A stretch of DNA of 64,000 nucleotides, taken from Hemiscyllium ocellatum. Taxonomy: Eukaryota. This document shows, piece by piece, positions 48,222 to 61,807 of the stretch. The first letter of the stretch is position 1. Every line of letters begins with the position of its first letter. The notes beneath the pieces were generated by a model, which saw only the letters and a list, made by a program, of their open reading frames with translations, did no database searches and was not told where the DNA came from. The stretch covers positions 17,814,341 through 17,878,340 of the forward strand of contig NC_083409.1 of the NCBI RefSeq assembly GCF_020745735.1, written 5' to 3'. The position numbers and the translations under genes were made by a program.

Positions 48222-48749
48222 CCCTTTTCCAGATTGACATTGACAGAAAACAGACTGCAATTCACAGCCCAGACAGAGGAAGCTGCTCAAATTCACAGCC
48301 ACAATGGAGCTTGAGGAAAACACTTGTGGAGATTTTCTCAATAACATGAGAATCCTGTCCCTTTAAACAGTGACAAAACCTTAAATTGGAACTGGCGGCT
48401 GAGCAGAAAGGAGGTCTGTTTTACTGAAACAGAGACTTTTGAGGTTCACATTGTTTTTGCACAGCTGACAGTCTTTAGCATCTTCGGAGAGGTTTTACTT
48501 GACATCGCAAGTTAACACTGTCCCCATCAAACACATCCAGGTCAGGGAAAGCATGGGACTAGATAAAGAGTAAAGTTTTCTCTACACTATCCCAACGACC
48601 AGCCTTAACCCCTGAATCGCAGAAGTATCTCCAAGCCAGTCCTGAGAAGGAAGAGAGTTGAAACTCAGTGCTGACAATGACCTTTGTCCTGCCAGCTCAG
48701 CCCTGTTCTATTTAAAGTTGTGTCTCCTCTGTGGACTGTCTCCAACACT

Positions 48750-49078
48750 CTACACACATTCTGATCTCCTGATGCTCTTGCTGAGGGGAGAGGGGAGGGT
48801 CACGTGAGTGAGGGCACAGGAGAAGCGAGCGTTGGACTCCCAGTCAGACTCAGAGAGGGTCAGCAGGCTGCTGACACTGTAGGTGCTGTCCGAAGCTCGC
48901 AGGTAGTTGCTGGTCTGAACCCCGTCCGAAATGACTGCACCGTCCTTCTTCCACTGCACCTCTAGCTCATCGGGATAGAAGTGATTGGCAAGGCACACCA
49001 GGGTGGCAGTGCCCTTGGCATTGACCTGCTCCGGGGAGGGGGGCAGCAGGGTCAGCTTGGGCTGAGAGTTGTCACGGA
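48750..49078 (-). CDS. IGKC: Ig kappa-type C exon, copy B (intact)
   Basis: Acceptor tttcag|tc; (I)RDNSQPKLTLLPPSPEQVNAKGTATLVCLANHFYPDELEVQWKKDG...FSCALTHVTLPSPLSKSIRRSECV*; C1-set Cys/Trp/Cys plus penultimate interchain Cys; phase matches the J donor. Confidence 0.97.
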
Positions 49079-52000
49079 CTGAAAGACAAGAGAAACAATT
49101 TTAATCCCTGCCTTTTGAAGGTACATAAACTCTCTGAACAGTAACTGGTAAAACATTTGAACGTTTGTATCCAGTACCTAGCAGACCTGACAAAGCACTG
49201 GCATTTTAAACATTGCTTTTTGGGACGTGTACGGCACTGGCAGAGCCAGTCGCTGCCCATCCCTAACTGTCTCTGAGAAGGTGATGGTGATGCAGCAGAA
49301 TGATAAGGGACAGTCCTGGACCACCATTTAAGGAATGAATGTGGGCAGCTGGAAGGGCTATCAATGTGGGAGCATTTTAGTGACAGTGATCGGACCTCAG
49401 TGAGATTGAGATTAGGGATGGAAATGGAGAACCGTGGAGCAAGTGTAAAAGTTTTCATTTGGGAACAATCCATTTTACCAAACTGTGTGGTAATTTGATA
49501 AAAGAGTACTGGAACCATCGACTTGATGGGAGATCAGTGACAGGGCAGTGGGAGGCCTCCAAGGATGAGACAGAGACAAAGACCATTCAGAATCTTTTCC
49601 CAAAAGAGTAAGAGTGGCACTCCCAAAGACAGAGTCTTAGCAAAGATGTGAAACTATCGATATGATGTGGAGGCTCTGGTGTCCAACTGGGTGGACATGT
49701 TCAGGAGTCACATGACACCAGGTTACAGTCCAACAGGTTTATTTAAAATCACGAGCTTGTGAAACGCTGCTCCATCTTCAGGTGAAGCGACTTCAGTGCT
49801 GAAGGAACAGAGCTCTGAAAGCTTGTGATTTGAAATAAGCCTGTTGGACTATATTCTGGTGTCATGTGACTTCTGACCTCAAATGAAGCCCCGTTAGAGC
49901 ACAGTGAGAGAACTGTGTGCAGTTCTGGTCACCACATTGCAGGAAGGATGTGATTCCCCTAGAGATGGGGACAGTGGAGGGTTTTATCAGGAATGAGGAG
50001 TATTAGCTTTGAGGAATGATTGGATTGGCTGGGACTGGTTTCTTTGGAACACAGGAGGCTGAGGGGAGATTTGATCGATGGTGTGTAAAATGATGAGGGG
50101 TCTGGATAGAGTGGGTAGGAAGAACTGATTTCCATCAGCACAGAGGGCAATAACCATGGGGAGAGATTGAAATGAATTGGGGGCAGGGTTCGAGTGGAGT
50201 TGAGGAGTAATTGTTTTCACCCAGTGGCTGGTGGGATCAGGACCTCACTGTCTGAAAGGGTGACAGCGGCAGAAACTCTCATCACATTGAAAAAACACTT
50301 GGATATTCACTTGAAACACCAAAGCCTCCAGAGCTATGGAGCAAGAGCTGGTATGTGGGGTGGAGTTCGACACCTCTTTAACAAACCTCCGATCACTCAC
50401 AGCTCGGGAGAACTTTATCCAACAACATTGGAGCAGAGTTGGATCAGCACACTTCAGGAAGGAGTCACGTTGGGTGTCCATGTAGAAGGTTCTAGATTTT
50501 GTTTCAAACCTTCCAGCTCAGCGCTGGGTTAAGGTCAAATGTGAGGGTGCAAAGAGTCTCAGTGTCCTGGGATCAGACAGTGACACTGCTCTAAATGATC
50601 CCATGTTCCCTGGAAGATGGAAGCGTGCATCCAACGGGCAAGGGTCATGTTCAGGAGACTCCAACCTCAAAGAAAGACTTGCATTTATGTTGCACCTGCC
50701 TCCACCTAAGGATGTTGCAGTGGCTCTTTCCATCAGACTGTGCTCAGCAAGATCCCAGAGAGCTGGGTGACAATGAGGCGAGGATCAGATTTTTAGTGAT
50801 GCTAATTAGGGAATCAATATTGACCAGGACACCAGGAGACACCATCCTGCTGTTTGTCTAGTAGAGCCATGGATTGGCATCTCTGATATCTGAAAGGCTC
50901 CCAGTGCATCAAAAGAGAGACTTGTATGTCAGGCTCTCCCAAAGCATTTACAGAGAGTGAGGGACTTGTCTGGACACTGGTCACTGTTGTAATGCAGAAA
51001 ACACAATTTGCACATAGCAATATCGCACAAAAATAAATGAGATTATGAAGCATGTTCAGTGATGTTTCGGGGATAAATATTGACCTGAAGTCAACCCAAA
51101 GAGAAAGCAAATGGGTTCAGTTGCACAAAACGTGAGAAAATGAAAGGCACAGGAGAAGGTGGGAGTCGTGGTTAGTGATGGGTTTGATTGTTACCAGAAA
51201 ATAAAAGGAAGGATCAGAATTTGTGAATGTCATATTGTAACAAGGCAATACAGACAGTAGAAATAACCTAAAGTCTTTGTATGATAACGCATTCGGAATA
51301 AGGTAGACAGAGTGATGCCACAAATTGAGGTTCCCAAGTACTTTAAAATCATTAAAGTGACGCAGGGCTCAGGAGAGGTTAGTAAAGTTCCCAAAATAAT
51401 TAATAGGACATAGATTATGGAAAGGGTCAGAAAATTAATTTTAGGCACAGTGCATAAGGGGACAACTATGAAAAGAAGGACAGTCAGTGCAGGACTGAGG
51501 GTGTTGTACCTGAATGCAGGGAGTATCCGAAATGAGGTAAATATGTTTGTCGCAGATTGGAATTGGCAGGTACGATGTTTTGAGTATCACAGAGACCTGG
51601 CTGTAAGGGGTTGAGGGCTGGGAATGAAATACTCAAGGATGCACATCCGATTGACAGGACATGCTGATGGGCAGATGGGGGTGGGGTTACCTTCTTGGTA
51701 AGAAATGAAATGAGATCAATCACAAGAAGGGATTTAGAGTTGGAATGCATTCAATCTGTGTGGGTAGAGGTGAGGAGTTGCAAGGGAGAAAGAGCATGAT
51801 GAGAACTTAGCACAGGACCCCCAGCAGCAGTCAGGATATGAGGAAGAAAATAAATCAGGTGATAGATAGAGAAGGCCCTGCTATAATAGTCATGAGGGAC
51901 TTCAATATGCAGGGAGACTGGAAAATTAAATTGTTTGGGGATGTCAAGGGTAGGAATTAAAGGAATGTTTACGACATGGTTTTTAGAGCAGCTTGTGGTA

Positions 52001-55000
52001 GAGATCACTATGGAACAGGCAATTCTGGATTGGGTGATGTGTATTGAAGCAGACCTGATTAGGGAACTTAGGGTGAAGGAATCCCTTGGGGGCATTGACC
52101 GTAATATGACAGAATTCACCCTGCAGTTTGTGACAGGGAATCTGGAGTCAGTTGTACCGGTAATGCAATTAACTTAAGGTAACTACAAAGACATGAGGGA
52201 GGAGCTGGCCAGAGTTGGTAAGAAAGGAAGCTGAGCATAAGAGAGAATGGAGCAGCAATGGCAGGAGTTTCTGGGGGTAATTTGGGAGGCAGAGCAGGAA
52301 TTTAACCCAAGGAAGAAGAAAGGTACTGAGTGGAGGCCAAGGCAACCATGGCTGATGAGGGAAGTCAGGGTCAGCATAAAAGCAAAAGAAAAAACATGCA
52401 ATGTGGTGAAGATTATTGGGAAGCCGGAGGATTGGGAAGCCTTTAAAAAACAGCAGAGAGTAACTAAAAAAAAGTAAGGGTGGGTGTGTAAATAAAATAT
52501 GAGGGTCAACGAGTTAGTAACATAAAAGAATATTGCAAGAGGTTTTCTTTAGATATATGAAAGGCAAGAGGGAGTCAATAATAGAAATTGTACCACTGGA
52601 AAAGGCAGAAGTAGTAATGGGGAACAAAGAAATGGTGGAAAAAGTGCATCGGTGCCTTAAATCAGCTTTAACAGTGGTGTGATAATGCTGCTCATTTCAC
52701 AAGTTTGAGTTGTCCTTGGATTTTTTTTCAAGAGGGGTTGTAAAGGCAGAGGTTCCAATTTGTCTGGGTTAGGGACTTTGCTCATGGCTAACAGATACTG
52801 CCTAAGGCAACAGTCAGGGAAAAGGCTTTTAGGTTTTATATTAAACACTTGTCCAATAAAAGGAGAGTGGCCAGTTCTTCCAGTTTGCTGTTTTTGACAA
52901 ACAGTCGGTTGGAAGCTCCTGGATAAAGAAAGCTGCTGGTGAGAAAGGTTCCCCAATTCAACATTTTCCAGTGGACTCACTGTCTGAAATTCCTCTCCTG
53001 TAAGAACCCCTGTGTTTATATTTACCTTTTTGCCAAGGCTATTACAGCAAATTGGAACAACTCTTTGTCAAGTTACATTTTTTCGTCAGTTGGGTTTTCA
53101 AATAGTTAAGTTATTCTAAATTCTGTTTTCTTTTGATTGTAAATAAATACTCTTTTCCTTCAAGCTGAGTGGTTTGGCCAGTTGTATCATTCCTGGAATA
53201 TCCAGGTTACATTTGCTGAACACAATTCGAAAAGGTAAGGTCTGGGCTGCATTCTTAAAATGTTTTGAAGGGTCTGGCCTGGTCCATAACAATGTCACAG
53301 AGTCCTACAGCATGGAGACAGGCCATTTGGACCAAACTGGTCCATGCCAACCAAAATGTCCATTTACGCTAATCCTGCACTTGGCCCATATCCTTCTGAA
53401 TCCTTTCCTTTGCTGTATTTGTCCAAATGCCTTTTAAATGTTATTAATGTACCCACCTCAACCACTTCCACTGGCAGCTCATTCCATATGCGAACAATCC
53501 TATGTGTAAAAAGGTTGCCCCTCAGGTTCCCTTTTATTCTTTCCCCTCTAACCTTAAACTGATGCGCTCTAGCTCATATTCGCAAACCTTGGGGAAAAGA
53601 CCGAGTGAATTCACCCTATCCATGCCTCTCATGATCTTATGAGGTCCTCCCTCAGTCTCCTACACTCTCAAGAAAAAAGTACTCTCCCTTTAACCCAAAC
53701 GATTGAATCCTGGCAAAATCCTTGCAAATTTCTTCTGCACTCTTTCCAGTTTAATAACATCCTTCCTGGAACAAGGTGACCAAAACTGAACACAATATTC
53801 CAAGTGTGGCTTCACCAGTGTCCTGTATAACTGCAACATAACTTCCCAACATCTGTAGTCAATGCTCTGACTGATGAAGGGCACTGCAGAAAAAGCTCTC
53901 TTCTCTGCTCTATTTACTGTGACTCCATTTTCAGAGAACTGCTTATCTGAATTCTAAGGACCCTCTGTTCCACTATATTCCTTAAGGCCATATCATTCAC
54001 CATGAAACTCCTACCTTGCTTTAAATTTCCAAAATACAAGACCTCACATTTATCTGTATTAAACTCTATTTGTCATTTCTCGGCCCACTTCCCCAGCTGA
54101 GCAAGGTCCTGCTGCAATTTCTGATAACTGTCCGCACTGTCCACGATGCTGCTTATTTGAGTGTCATCAGCAAACTCACTAACCATGCCTTGTACATTCT
54201 CATCCAAAACATTGTTATAGATAACAAACAGCAATGGGCTCAGCACTGACCACTGAGGCACTCCACTAGTCACAGGCCTCCAGTACAATAAGGATTCTTC
54301 CCCTATTACCCTGTGCTTTCTACCATCAAGCCAATCGTGTATCCAATTTGCCAGGTCACCTTGGATTCCATGCAATCTAACCTTCCATAACAGCCTACCA
54401 TGTGGAACCTTATCAAAGGCCTCACTGAAATCCATATAGACCACGTCTACCATCCTGCCCTCATCAACCTTCCTGGTAAATTCATCAAAGTAACTTAATT
54501 ATGTGAGGCATATTCTCCCACTCACAAAGTCATGCTGACAACTCCTAATCAAATTCACTCTTTCCAAATGCATGTGTATCTTATCTTATCAAACAACTTA
54601 CCCACCACAAATGTTAAGCTTATAATTCCCAGGCTTTTGTTTTTCAGCCCTTTTTGAACAATGGCACAGTCTTCGCTATCCTCCAGTCTTCTGGCACCTC
54701 ACCTGTGGCTAACCATGATGCTTAAATATCAGCCAGTACACCTGACCTTCAAGAGAGTTGGGAGCAGAAGTGAGTGGAAAGGGCATCACTAAGGTGGAGG
54801 GGTTGAGGCAGCTGAAAGGTCTGAAGGTGGATAAATCATTCAGACCCGATGGACTACACTCCAGAGTTCTGATGGAGATAGCTAAGGTAATTGTAGGGCC
54901 ATTGGCTGTGATCTTTCAGAAATCACTGGAGTCAGGAGTGGTCCCAGAAGACTGGAAAATAGTGAATGTAACATCCCTGTTTAAGAAAGGAGGGAGGCAG

Positions 55001-58000
55001 AGATGGGACATTATAAGCTGGTTAGCCTGACCTCGGTCATTGGTAAGATTTTAGAGGTCTACTTAAGGGTGAGATTGCAGGTATTTGGAATCTCACCCTT
55101 AAGCCTGGTAAAATTGCAGCCTGGTAAAATTGGGCTGAGTCAGCACAGCTTCATCAAAGGGAGGCATGCCTGATAAATCTGTTAGAAATCTTTGAGGAGG
55201 TAACAAGTGAGTTAGACAAAGGAGAGCCAGTGGATGTGATCCATTTGGATTTCCACCAGGCCTTTGACAGGGTACAATAAAGGAGACTGCTAAGTCAAAT
55301 CAGAGCCCATGCTGTCAGGAGCAAGGCACTGCGAAGTGTAGAGGATTGGCTGGCCGGCACAAAGGCGAGAGTAGGGACAAAGGGATTTTTTTCTGGATGG
55401 CTGGTGGTGCTTTGTGGCGATCTGCAGGGATCTGTGTTGGGACCACAACTATTCACATTATCCATTAACAATCTGGATAAGGAACTGAAGATATTGTTCA
55501 TATGTTTGTAGATGACACAAAAAATTGGTGAAAGGACAGGTGGAGTTGAGGAAGTGGGGGAGATTGCAGAAGGACTTGGTCAGGCTGGGAGAATGTGCAA
55601 AGAAGTGGCAGGTGGAGTACAATGCGGGGACTTGTGAGGCTAGATACTTTGGTGGGAAGAATAAGTGAGGAAAGATTTCAGAAATCTGAAGCACAAAGAG
55701 AATTGGGAGTCCTTGCTCAGGTTTCTCTGAAGGTTAACGTGCAGGTTCACCATTGGCTGTTTGAAAGGCAGTTACAATGTTAGCATTAACTTTAACGTCA
55801 GAGGTGTACTGCTGCGTTTGTATAAGTCTCTGATCAGACCACATTTGGAATTTTGGTCTCCTTATTAAGGAAGGATGTGCTGTCATTGGAGAGGGTCCAG
55901 AGGAAAAAGTGAGAAAGAATAAGAATACTCCTGGGAATGAAGGGGGTGTCATATAAAGAGTGGTTGAGGATTCTGGATCTGTATACAATTGTGTTTAGAA
56001 AGATGACGGAGGAATCTTATTGAAACTACAGAATATTGAGAGGCCTGGAGAACATGGAGAAGGTGTTTCCACGAATAGAAGAAACTTGGGCCCGAAGGCA
56101 AAGCCTCAGAGTGATCCGTCAGAACTGAGATAAGGAGGCATTTCTTCAGCCACAGGGTGGTGAATCTGCGGAACTCATTGTCACAGAGGTCTATGGATGC
56201 CAAGATGTTGAGAGTATTTAAAACAGAGACAGATAGGTTCTTGATCAGTAAGGAGATCAAATGTTAAAAGGAGAATGGGGTTGAGAAACACATCACACAA
56301 GATCAAATGGCAGAGCAGACTCTCTTCTGACTGGCCCAATTCTGCTCCTATATCTTAAGTATTTTGGGTTTATGTAGAGGTTCCTTGAATCCCTGGAAAA
56401 CTGGAAGTACGGTCACTTAGTGGTTAGCCCTGCTGCCTCACAGCGCTATGGACCCAGGTTTGATTCTAGCCTCGGGCGTCTGTCTGTGTGGAGTTTGCAT
56501 GTTCTCCCTGTGCCTGTGTGGGTTTCCTCCGGGTGCTCTGGTTTCCTCCCACAGTCCAAAGCTGTGCAGGTTCGGTGAATTGGCCATGCTAAATTGCCCA
56601 TAGTGCAGGTTAGGTACATTAGTCAGGAGTAAATGTAGGTTAAAAAGGTAGGGGAATGGGTCTGGGTGGGTTACTGTTCGGAGGGTCAGCGTGGACTTGT
56701 TGGACCAAATGGCCTGTTTCCATACTGTAGGAATTCTGTGATTCTATGGACATTGAAAGTACTGGTTTGTGAGCCCTGCTGTTGCTGTTTCTCAAAAGAA
56801 CTTTGACAAAAGATAATCAGGGAGTGGTGAGAGTGAGCATCAGGTTGCATGAGGGAACTGCTTGTCCTGCTTCCTGGAATACCATGAGTACAGGAAGTGT
56901 GGTCAGTGACAGCAGTTGGAACTCCGGGTTTCGGAGCTTGAGCAGCAGCTGGTGTCAGTGAGGAGCGTCCGTGAGGCTGAGAGCTCCGTAGAGAGCACGT
57001 TTCTAGATGTGGTCACTCTGCAGTTTCAGAGTATGCAGGGAGAGAGGGAATGGGGGAGCAGCAGACAGTCCAAAAGGACCAGGCAGCTAGTACAGGAATC
57101 CCATGAGTGCATCCCACTCTCCAACCAGGATTCATTTCAGAATCCTGATCAGAATGATGGTTCATCTGGGGCGTGCAGCCAGAGCCAAGTCCCTGGCACC
57201 ACGGGGGGCTCAGCTGTACAGGGGGCACAAGGAAGACTGGAAGAGCGATAGTGAGAGGAGATTCGAGAGTGAGGGCATCGATAGGTGTTTCTGCAGCTGC
57301 AGAGGGAATCCAGGATGGTGTGTTGTCTCCCTGGTGCCAGGGTGAAGGATGTCACTGAGCTGCTGCAGAGCACCCTGAGGGGAGAGGGGGAACAGGCAGC
57401 AGTCGTGGTCCACATCGGTCCCAGTGACAGAGGGAGAAAAGGGATGTGGTCCTCCAGTCAGAATTTAGGGAGTTCCAGAGGGAATTAGCAGCAAGAGCTC
57501 AAAAGTAGGAATTTCCAAGATTACCCCCAGTGCCCCACACAACTGAGAATAGAAAGAGGAGGATAGCACAGGTGACGGTGGAACTGAAAAGACAGTCCAG
57601 GAGGAAGGTATTTCGATTATTTTAACATTGGGACTGGCTTTGGGGGGAGATGGACATGTACAGACCAGACGGGTTGCTCCTGAACAGACCTGGGACTGAG
57701 TTCCTTTGGGGTGATTTACTCGTGCTGTTGGAGAGGGTTTAAACTATCTTGGCCTGTGGGATCCAGGAGCTAATACCAGAGAGGAACACAGAGGTGCACA
57801 GAATCCTGGGAGAGATAGATAGCACCAGAATAAGGAATAGAACTTCTTACCCAGTTTCAGAGTGAGGGAGAGAGTAATAAATTCTAAATCAGGGTCACTG
57901 TGTAAGGATGGGACTGCACGGAGTGTTGGGAATAAGACTGGGAAGGTACAGCCACAGAGTGTTAAGTGGAAATCTGATGTGTGTCTCTCACATAGAACAT

Positions 58001-58948
58001 AAGGTAATAAGAACATTAGAAATAGGAGCAGAAGTGGGCTATCTGACCCAGCAAGGATGAGGAACGTTAGTTATGAAGATAGACTGAAGACGTTGGGACT
58101 GTTTTCCTCAGAGAAGAGAAGGCAGAGAGGAGATTTGATCGAGAAATTCAAAATCAGGAGGGGTCTGAACAGAGTAAACCAGGAGAAAATGTTCCCACCT
58201 GAGAAAGAATTGAGAGGGAGAGGCCATGGATTGAAAATAATTGGTAAAAGAGGCGAAAGTGAGATGAGTGAAAAACATTTTCAGCCAGTGGGTGGTTAAG
58301 GTGTGGAATGCACTGCCTGAGAGTGTGGTGGAGGCAGCTTCAATTGAAACATTCTGAAGGGAATGAGACTGTTATTTGAAAAGGAACAATGTGCAGGGTG
58401 ACAGGGAGAAGGCAGGAGAATGACACTCAGTGAATTGCTCATTCAGAGAGCCGGTCCAGACAGGATGGGCAGAATGGCCTCCTTGTGCACTGTAACAATT
58501 CTGTGATTGTGTGATTGAGCAGAGTTAAAGCTGGGGGAGGTGGGAGCTCGGTGTCTCACTGTGCTGCTGCTGCTGCTGAGGTCAGTGAGATCAGAGACTG
58601 GGACAGGGAGCCAGAGCTCACATCAAACTCTGCCCTGTGTCTGTCACACTGAGACTGGCAGGAGGCTACTCACTGATTTCACTCCATGCTGCAGGAATGG
58701 GACCACAGGCTGCAAATGGACAGAGCTCCTCCACACGGTGAGTAAAACTTACTGACTTATATCTTGCTGCTTAAAGGGGGCAATAGGACGACAGAAATAC
58801 AGCTGGACACCCTGTTAGACACAGTGCTCCTCAATCAACCATTTCATTCACTGCAGCTCCCCACTAACACCTGCATCAATTCAGCATTTGTGATTTAGAA
58901 AGTTTCAGTATTGAAAGGGTTAATAACGGAGGATTGAGGTTTACTTAC

Positions 58949-58983
58949 TCAGTCTGAGCTTGGTTCCTTTACCGAACGTAAGC
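58949..58983 (-). CDS. IGKJ: Ig kappa-type J segment, copy B
   Basis: g-CTT ACG TTC GGT AAA GGA ACC AAG CTC AGA CTG A|gtaagt = LTFGKGTKLRL; FGXG motif and consensus donor. Confidence 0.96.
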
Positions 58984-59022
58984 CACAGTGAGAGCTCCCA
59001 GTGTAGAGGCTGTACAAAAACC
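58984..59022 (-). other. J recombination signal sequence, 23-bp spacer (copy B)
   Basis: Plus strand CACAGTG-agagctcccagtgtagaggctgt(23)-ACAAAAACC. V-12/J-23 is the kappa-type arrangement. Confidence 0.97.
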
Positions 59023-59428
59023 TCAGCTCTCTGCTTCCCTCTGTCACTCTCACCCTCTCCCTATTTCCCAGTCTGTCGATCACTCTCACCCTCTTTTTGC
59101 CCCTATCAGTCTCTCCCTCATTCATGTGTCTTTCTGTCTCTGCCTCTGGGTTGTGAACTTTATTTTTTGTTGTTAAATCTTGCAGCTGTTCTTCACATGT
59201 GGCCATGGAGTGGAAGGGGGAAACTTGAGGCCTTCAGTGAGCGGTGGACACCACAGGGACTGGAGTGTGTTGTGGACAGTGACAATCCCAGCATGGGGTA
59301 ATTTGTGTCGTTTCATTAGATCTAACTGTGGGATATGACAGTTCAGGCGGTGGGACTGTGTGTCCATTATTATGCATTTTATATAACCGTGGATGTGTCA
59401 GTACAGGAGGTGATTCTGTGTGCTTTGA

Positions 59429-59456
59429 GGTTTTTGTATGGCTCTGTGTCACTGTG
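59429..59456 (-). other. V recombination signal sequence, 12-bp spacer (copy B)
   Basis: Minus strand CACAGTG-acacagagccat(12)-ACAAAAACC; perfect heptamer and nonamer. Confidence 0.97.
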
Positions 59457-59755
59457 TCGAGGGGAGCTGTAACCTTGCTGACAGTAATAGTCAGCGACAT
59501 CCTCATTCTGAACGTTGCTGATTGTCAGGGTGAAACTGGTCCCTGATCCACTGCCAGTGAATCGATCGGAGACTCCTGTGAATCGATTTGTTGCAGCATA
59601 GATCAGGAGAGAGGGTTTCTGACCTTCTCGCTGCTGGTACCAGGAAAGCTCATTGCTAACAGATTGACTGGCCGTACAGGTGATGGTTGCGGTCTGGCCC
59701 AGTCCCACTGACAGCACCGGGGGAGACTGGGTCATGATGATGTCCCCACTGATAC
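59457..59755 (-). CDS. IGKV: Ig kappa-type V segment, copy B (intact, unrearranged)
   Basis: Acceptor ctcag|GT; (G)[26 protein letters not shown]...WYQQ...[33 protein letters not shown] with canonical Cys/Trp/Cys; resembles nurse-shark NS4 (kappa) V from recall. Confidence 0.97.
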
Positions 59756-59941
59756 CTGAGGGGTCAGAGAGAAACACAGTGAAGTCAGAACTGTCACAGA
59801 AAGAGCCTGTCAAATGAGAGATTGTTGGAGACACTGAGCATTCCTCTGGTTTCAGCATTTTCCCTTCAATCACAAGTCAGTGGAATTGGAGTGAAATGGA
59901 GAGCAGCTAAAGATTCAAGGTGGAAGGAGAGAGATTTGTAC

Positions 59942-59990
59942 CTGCGACACAGAATGCCAGGGGCCAGATCAGCTGGATGTGTGAAATCAT
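59942..59990 (-). CDS. IGKV: Ig kappa-type light chain leader exon, copy B (intact)
   Basis: ATG at 59990; MISHIQLIWPLAFCVA+G (49 nt), then GT donor (G|gtacaa); 186-nt intron to V. Confidence 0.93.
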
Positions 59991-60050
59991 GGTGTGTGCT
60001 CCTGTCCCTGTGCCTGGTTCCTGATAAACTCTCCCTTCACTGGGCTCTGC

Positions 60051-60104
60051 TTTATAAAGCTACAGCCTGTGAGAGTCTGACTGGGTGTTCCTCAGTATGT
60101 AAAT
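60051..60104 (-). promoter_or_regulatory. V promoter, copy B: TATAAA and octamer-like ATTTACAT
   Basis: TATAAA (minus) at 60051-60056, ~60 nt upstream of ATG; ATTTACAT at 60097-60104 (one mismatch to the Ig octamer ATTTGCAT) at a typical position. Confidence 0.7.
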
Positions 60105-61807
60105 GGCATCAGGCAGAGAGAGCCACGTCAGCCCCTCACACTTCCTCTTCTCTCTCTCTATCTCACTCTCTCTGTCTCAGAGTGATTGATGTGAACAGCA
60201 CTGAATGAGGCCATTTGGCCCATTGTGTCTGTGCTGGTAAACAAAGATGTGATGACACTAATCCCATCCTCCAGCTCTTGGCCCATGACCCTGGAGGTTA
60301 CAGCAACACAAGGGAATATCTAAACACTGCTCCAATGTCATGAGAGTTTGTGACTCAACCAGCCTTTCAGGCAGTGAGTTCCAGACTCCCACCACCCTCT
60401 GGGTGAAAACATTTCTCCTCAATTCTTCTCTCACTCTGCAACTCAACTGGGCCTGGATTCACTCAAGTTTATAAGGATGAGACGGAATCTGATTGAAACA
60501 TATAAAAGTCTAACAGGCCCGGGCAGTAAGGAGGTTCCCCTGGTTGGGGAGTCTGGAACCAGGGGACACAGTCTCAGGGAGATACGGGGTAGAACATTTA
60601 GGACTGAGATGAGGAAACATTTCTTCACTCAGAGGATGGTCAACCTGATGAATTCTCTACCACAAACGGCTGTGGGGGACAAGGAACTGAATATATTCAA
60701 GAAAAAAAGAGAGATAGTTGTTTTGCATTTTAACAGCATGAAGGAAATAGGGAGAAAGCAGAAACATAGCAGTGAGAGAGAGGATCAGCCATGTCATACT
60801 GAATGACACACAAGATTCAAAGGGCTGAATGGCCTACTCCTGCTCCAAGTTTCTATGAGACCATGTCTGTGTTACCTTCAATCTCTGTCCCTGGTTATTG
60901 AGTCCTTTACTCTTGTATAAAGTGCCTTCCTATGCAACGTATCACTGCCAACAATGATCTTATACCTCTCTATCAGGTCCCTCTCAACCTTCAATGCTCC
61001 AAGGAAAACAGCCCCAATCTTTCCAATCTTTCCTCATAGCTGACCCTCCATCCCAGGCAGCATCCTGGGAAATCTCCTCTGCCCCCTCTCAAGTACAATC
61101 ACATCCTTCCCAGAATGTTGTGACTAGGACCTTTCTCTCCCTCTCTCTCTTTTCCCCTATCTGTCTCACATCTGCTACTTTGATCTCTCTACATCTATCT
61201 CTCTCTCCCACTGTTAATCTCTCTCATATTCTCTCTCTCACTCTGTCTCATAGCCACTCTCTCCAACTCACTCACGCTTCCTCACTCCGTCTCATAATCT
61301 TTCTCCATCTCTCACTGTCTCTGTCACTCGCTCCATCTCTCACTTCAATTGAAAACCTCCAAATGTTATCTGCCCCTCTCTATTTCTCCTTCTGTCTCTC
61401 CCTCCTTCTCCACATCCCACTCGACCTCTACTTCTCTTTCTCTGTCTCGCTTCTCTCTCTTTCTCACAGTGTCCCAGGTGGTGACAGTTGAATTCAGGAT
61501 AAATCTCTCTCTGCTCTGCCCCACTAATGGATGTTAACCCTTGACCCCAGAAGCATGTCTTCTCCTGGAGTAAAGGCCCATTTCCACATCGACCAGGTTT
61601 TGGTATCTCTTAGAAAGATGGACAGATTCTTGGTAAATGAAGGGCAGTTTTGTGCTGTTGGCCTATTCTCACTGGGGATTGGTTTGGACACAAACCTCAT
61701 TCCATGAAGGCCCAGCAGAGAGAGGAGATCCTCAGGCCGTCAGTGTGAGCTGGAGGGACAGGACAGGCTCTGACCCACTGATCCATCCTGTCTTTGCACA
61801 ACATGGA

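Larger units (their letters stand above)
32604..61776 (+). repeat. Copy B of the duplicated segment
   Basis: Colinear with 1..29161 throughout; differs by scattered SNPs and 1-bp indels. All copy A repeats listed below recur here at about +32.6 kb. Confidence 0.98.

Noticed and set aside
1-61776. Two independent kappa clusters, one functional and one pseudogene
   Set aside because: Not accepted as shown: the copy boundary coincides with a 13-N gap, V is substitution-identical and the lesions are deletion-only. Left open in findings.
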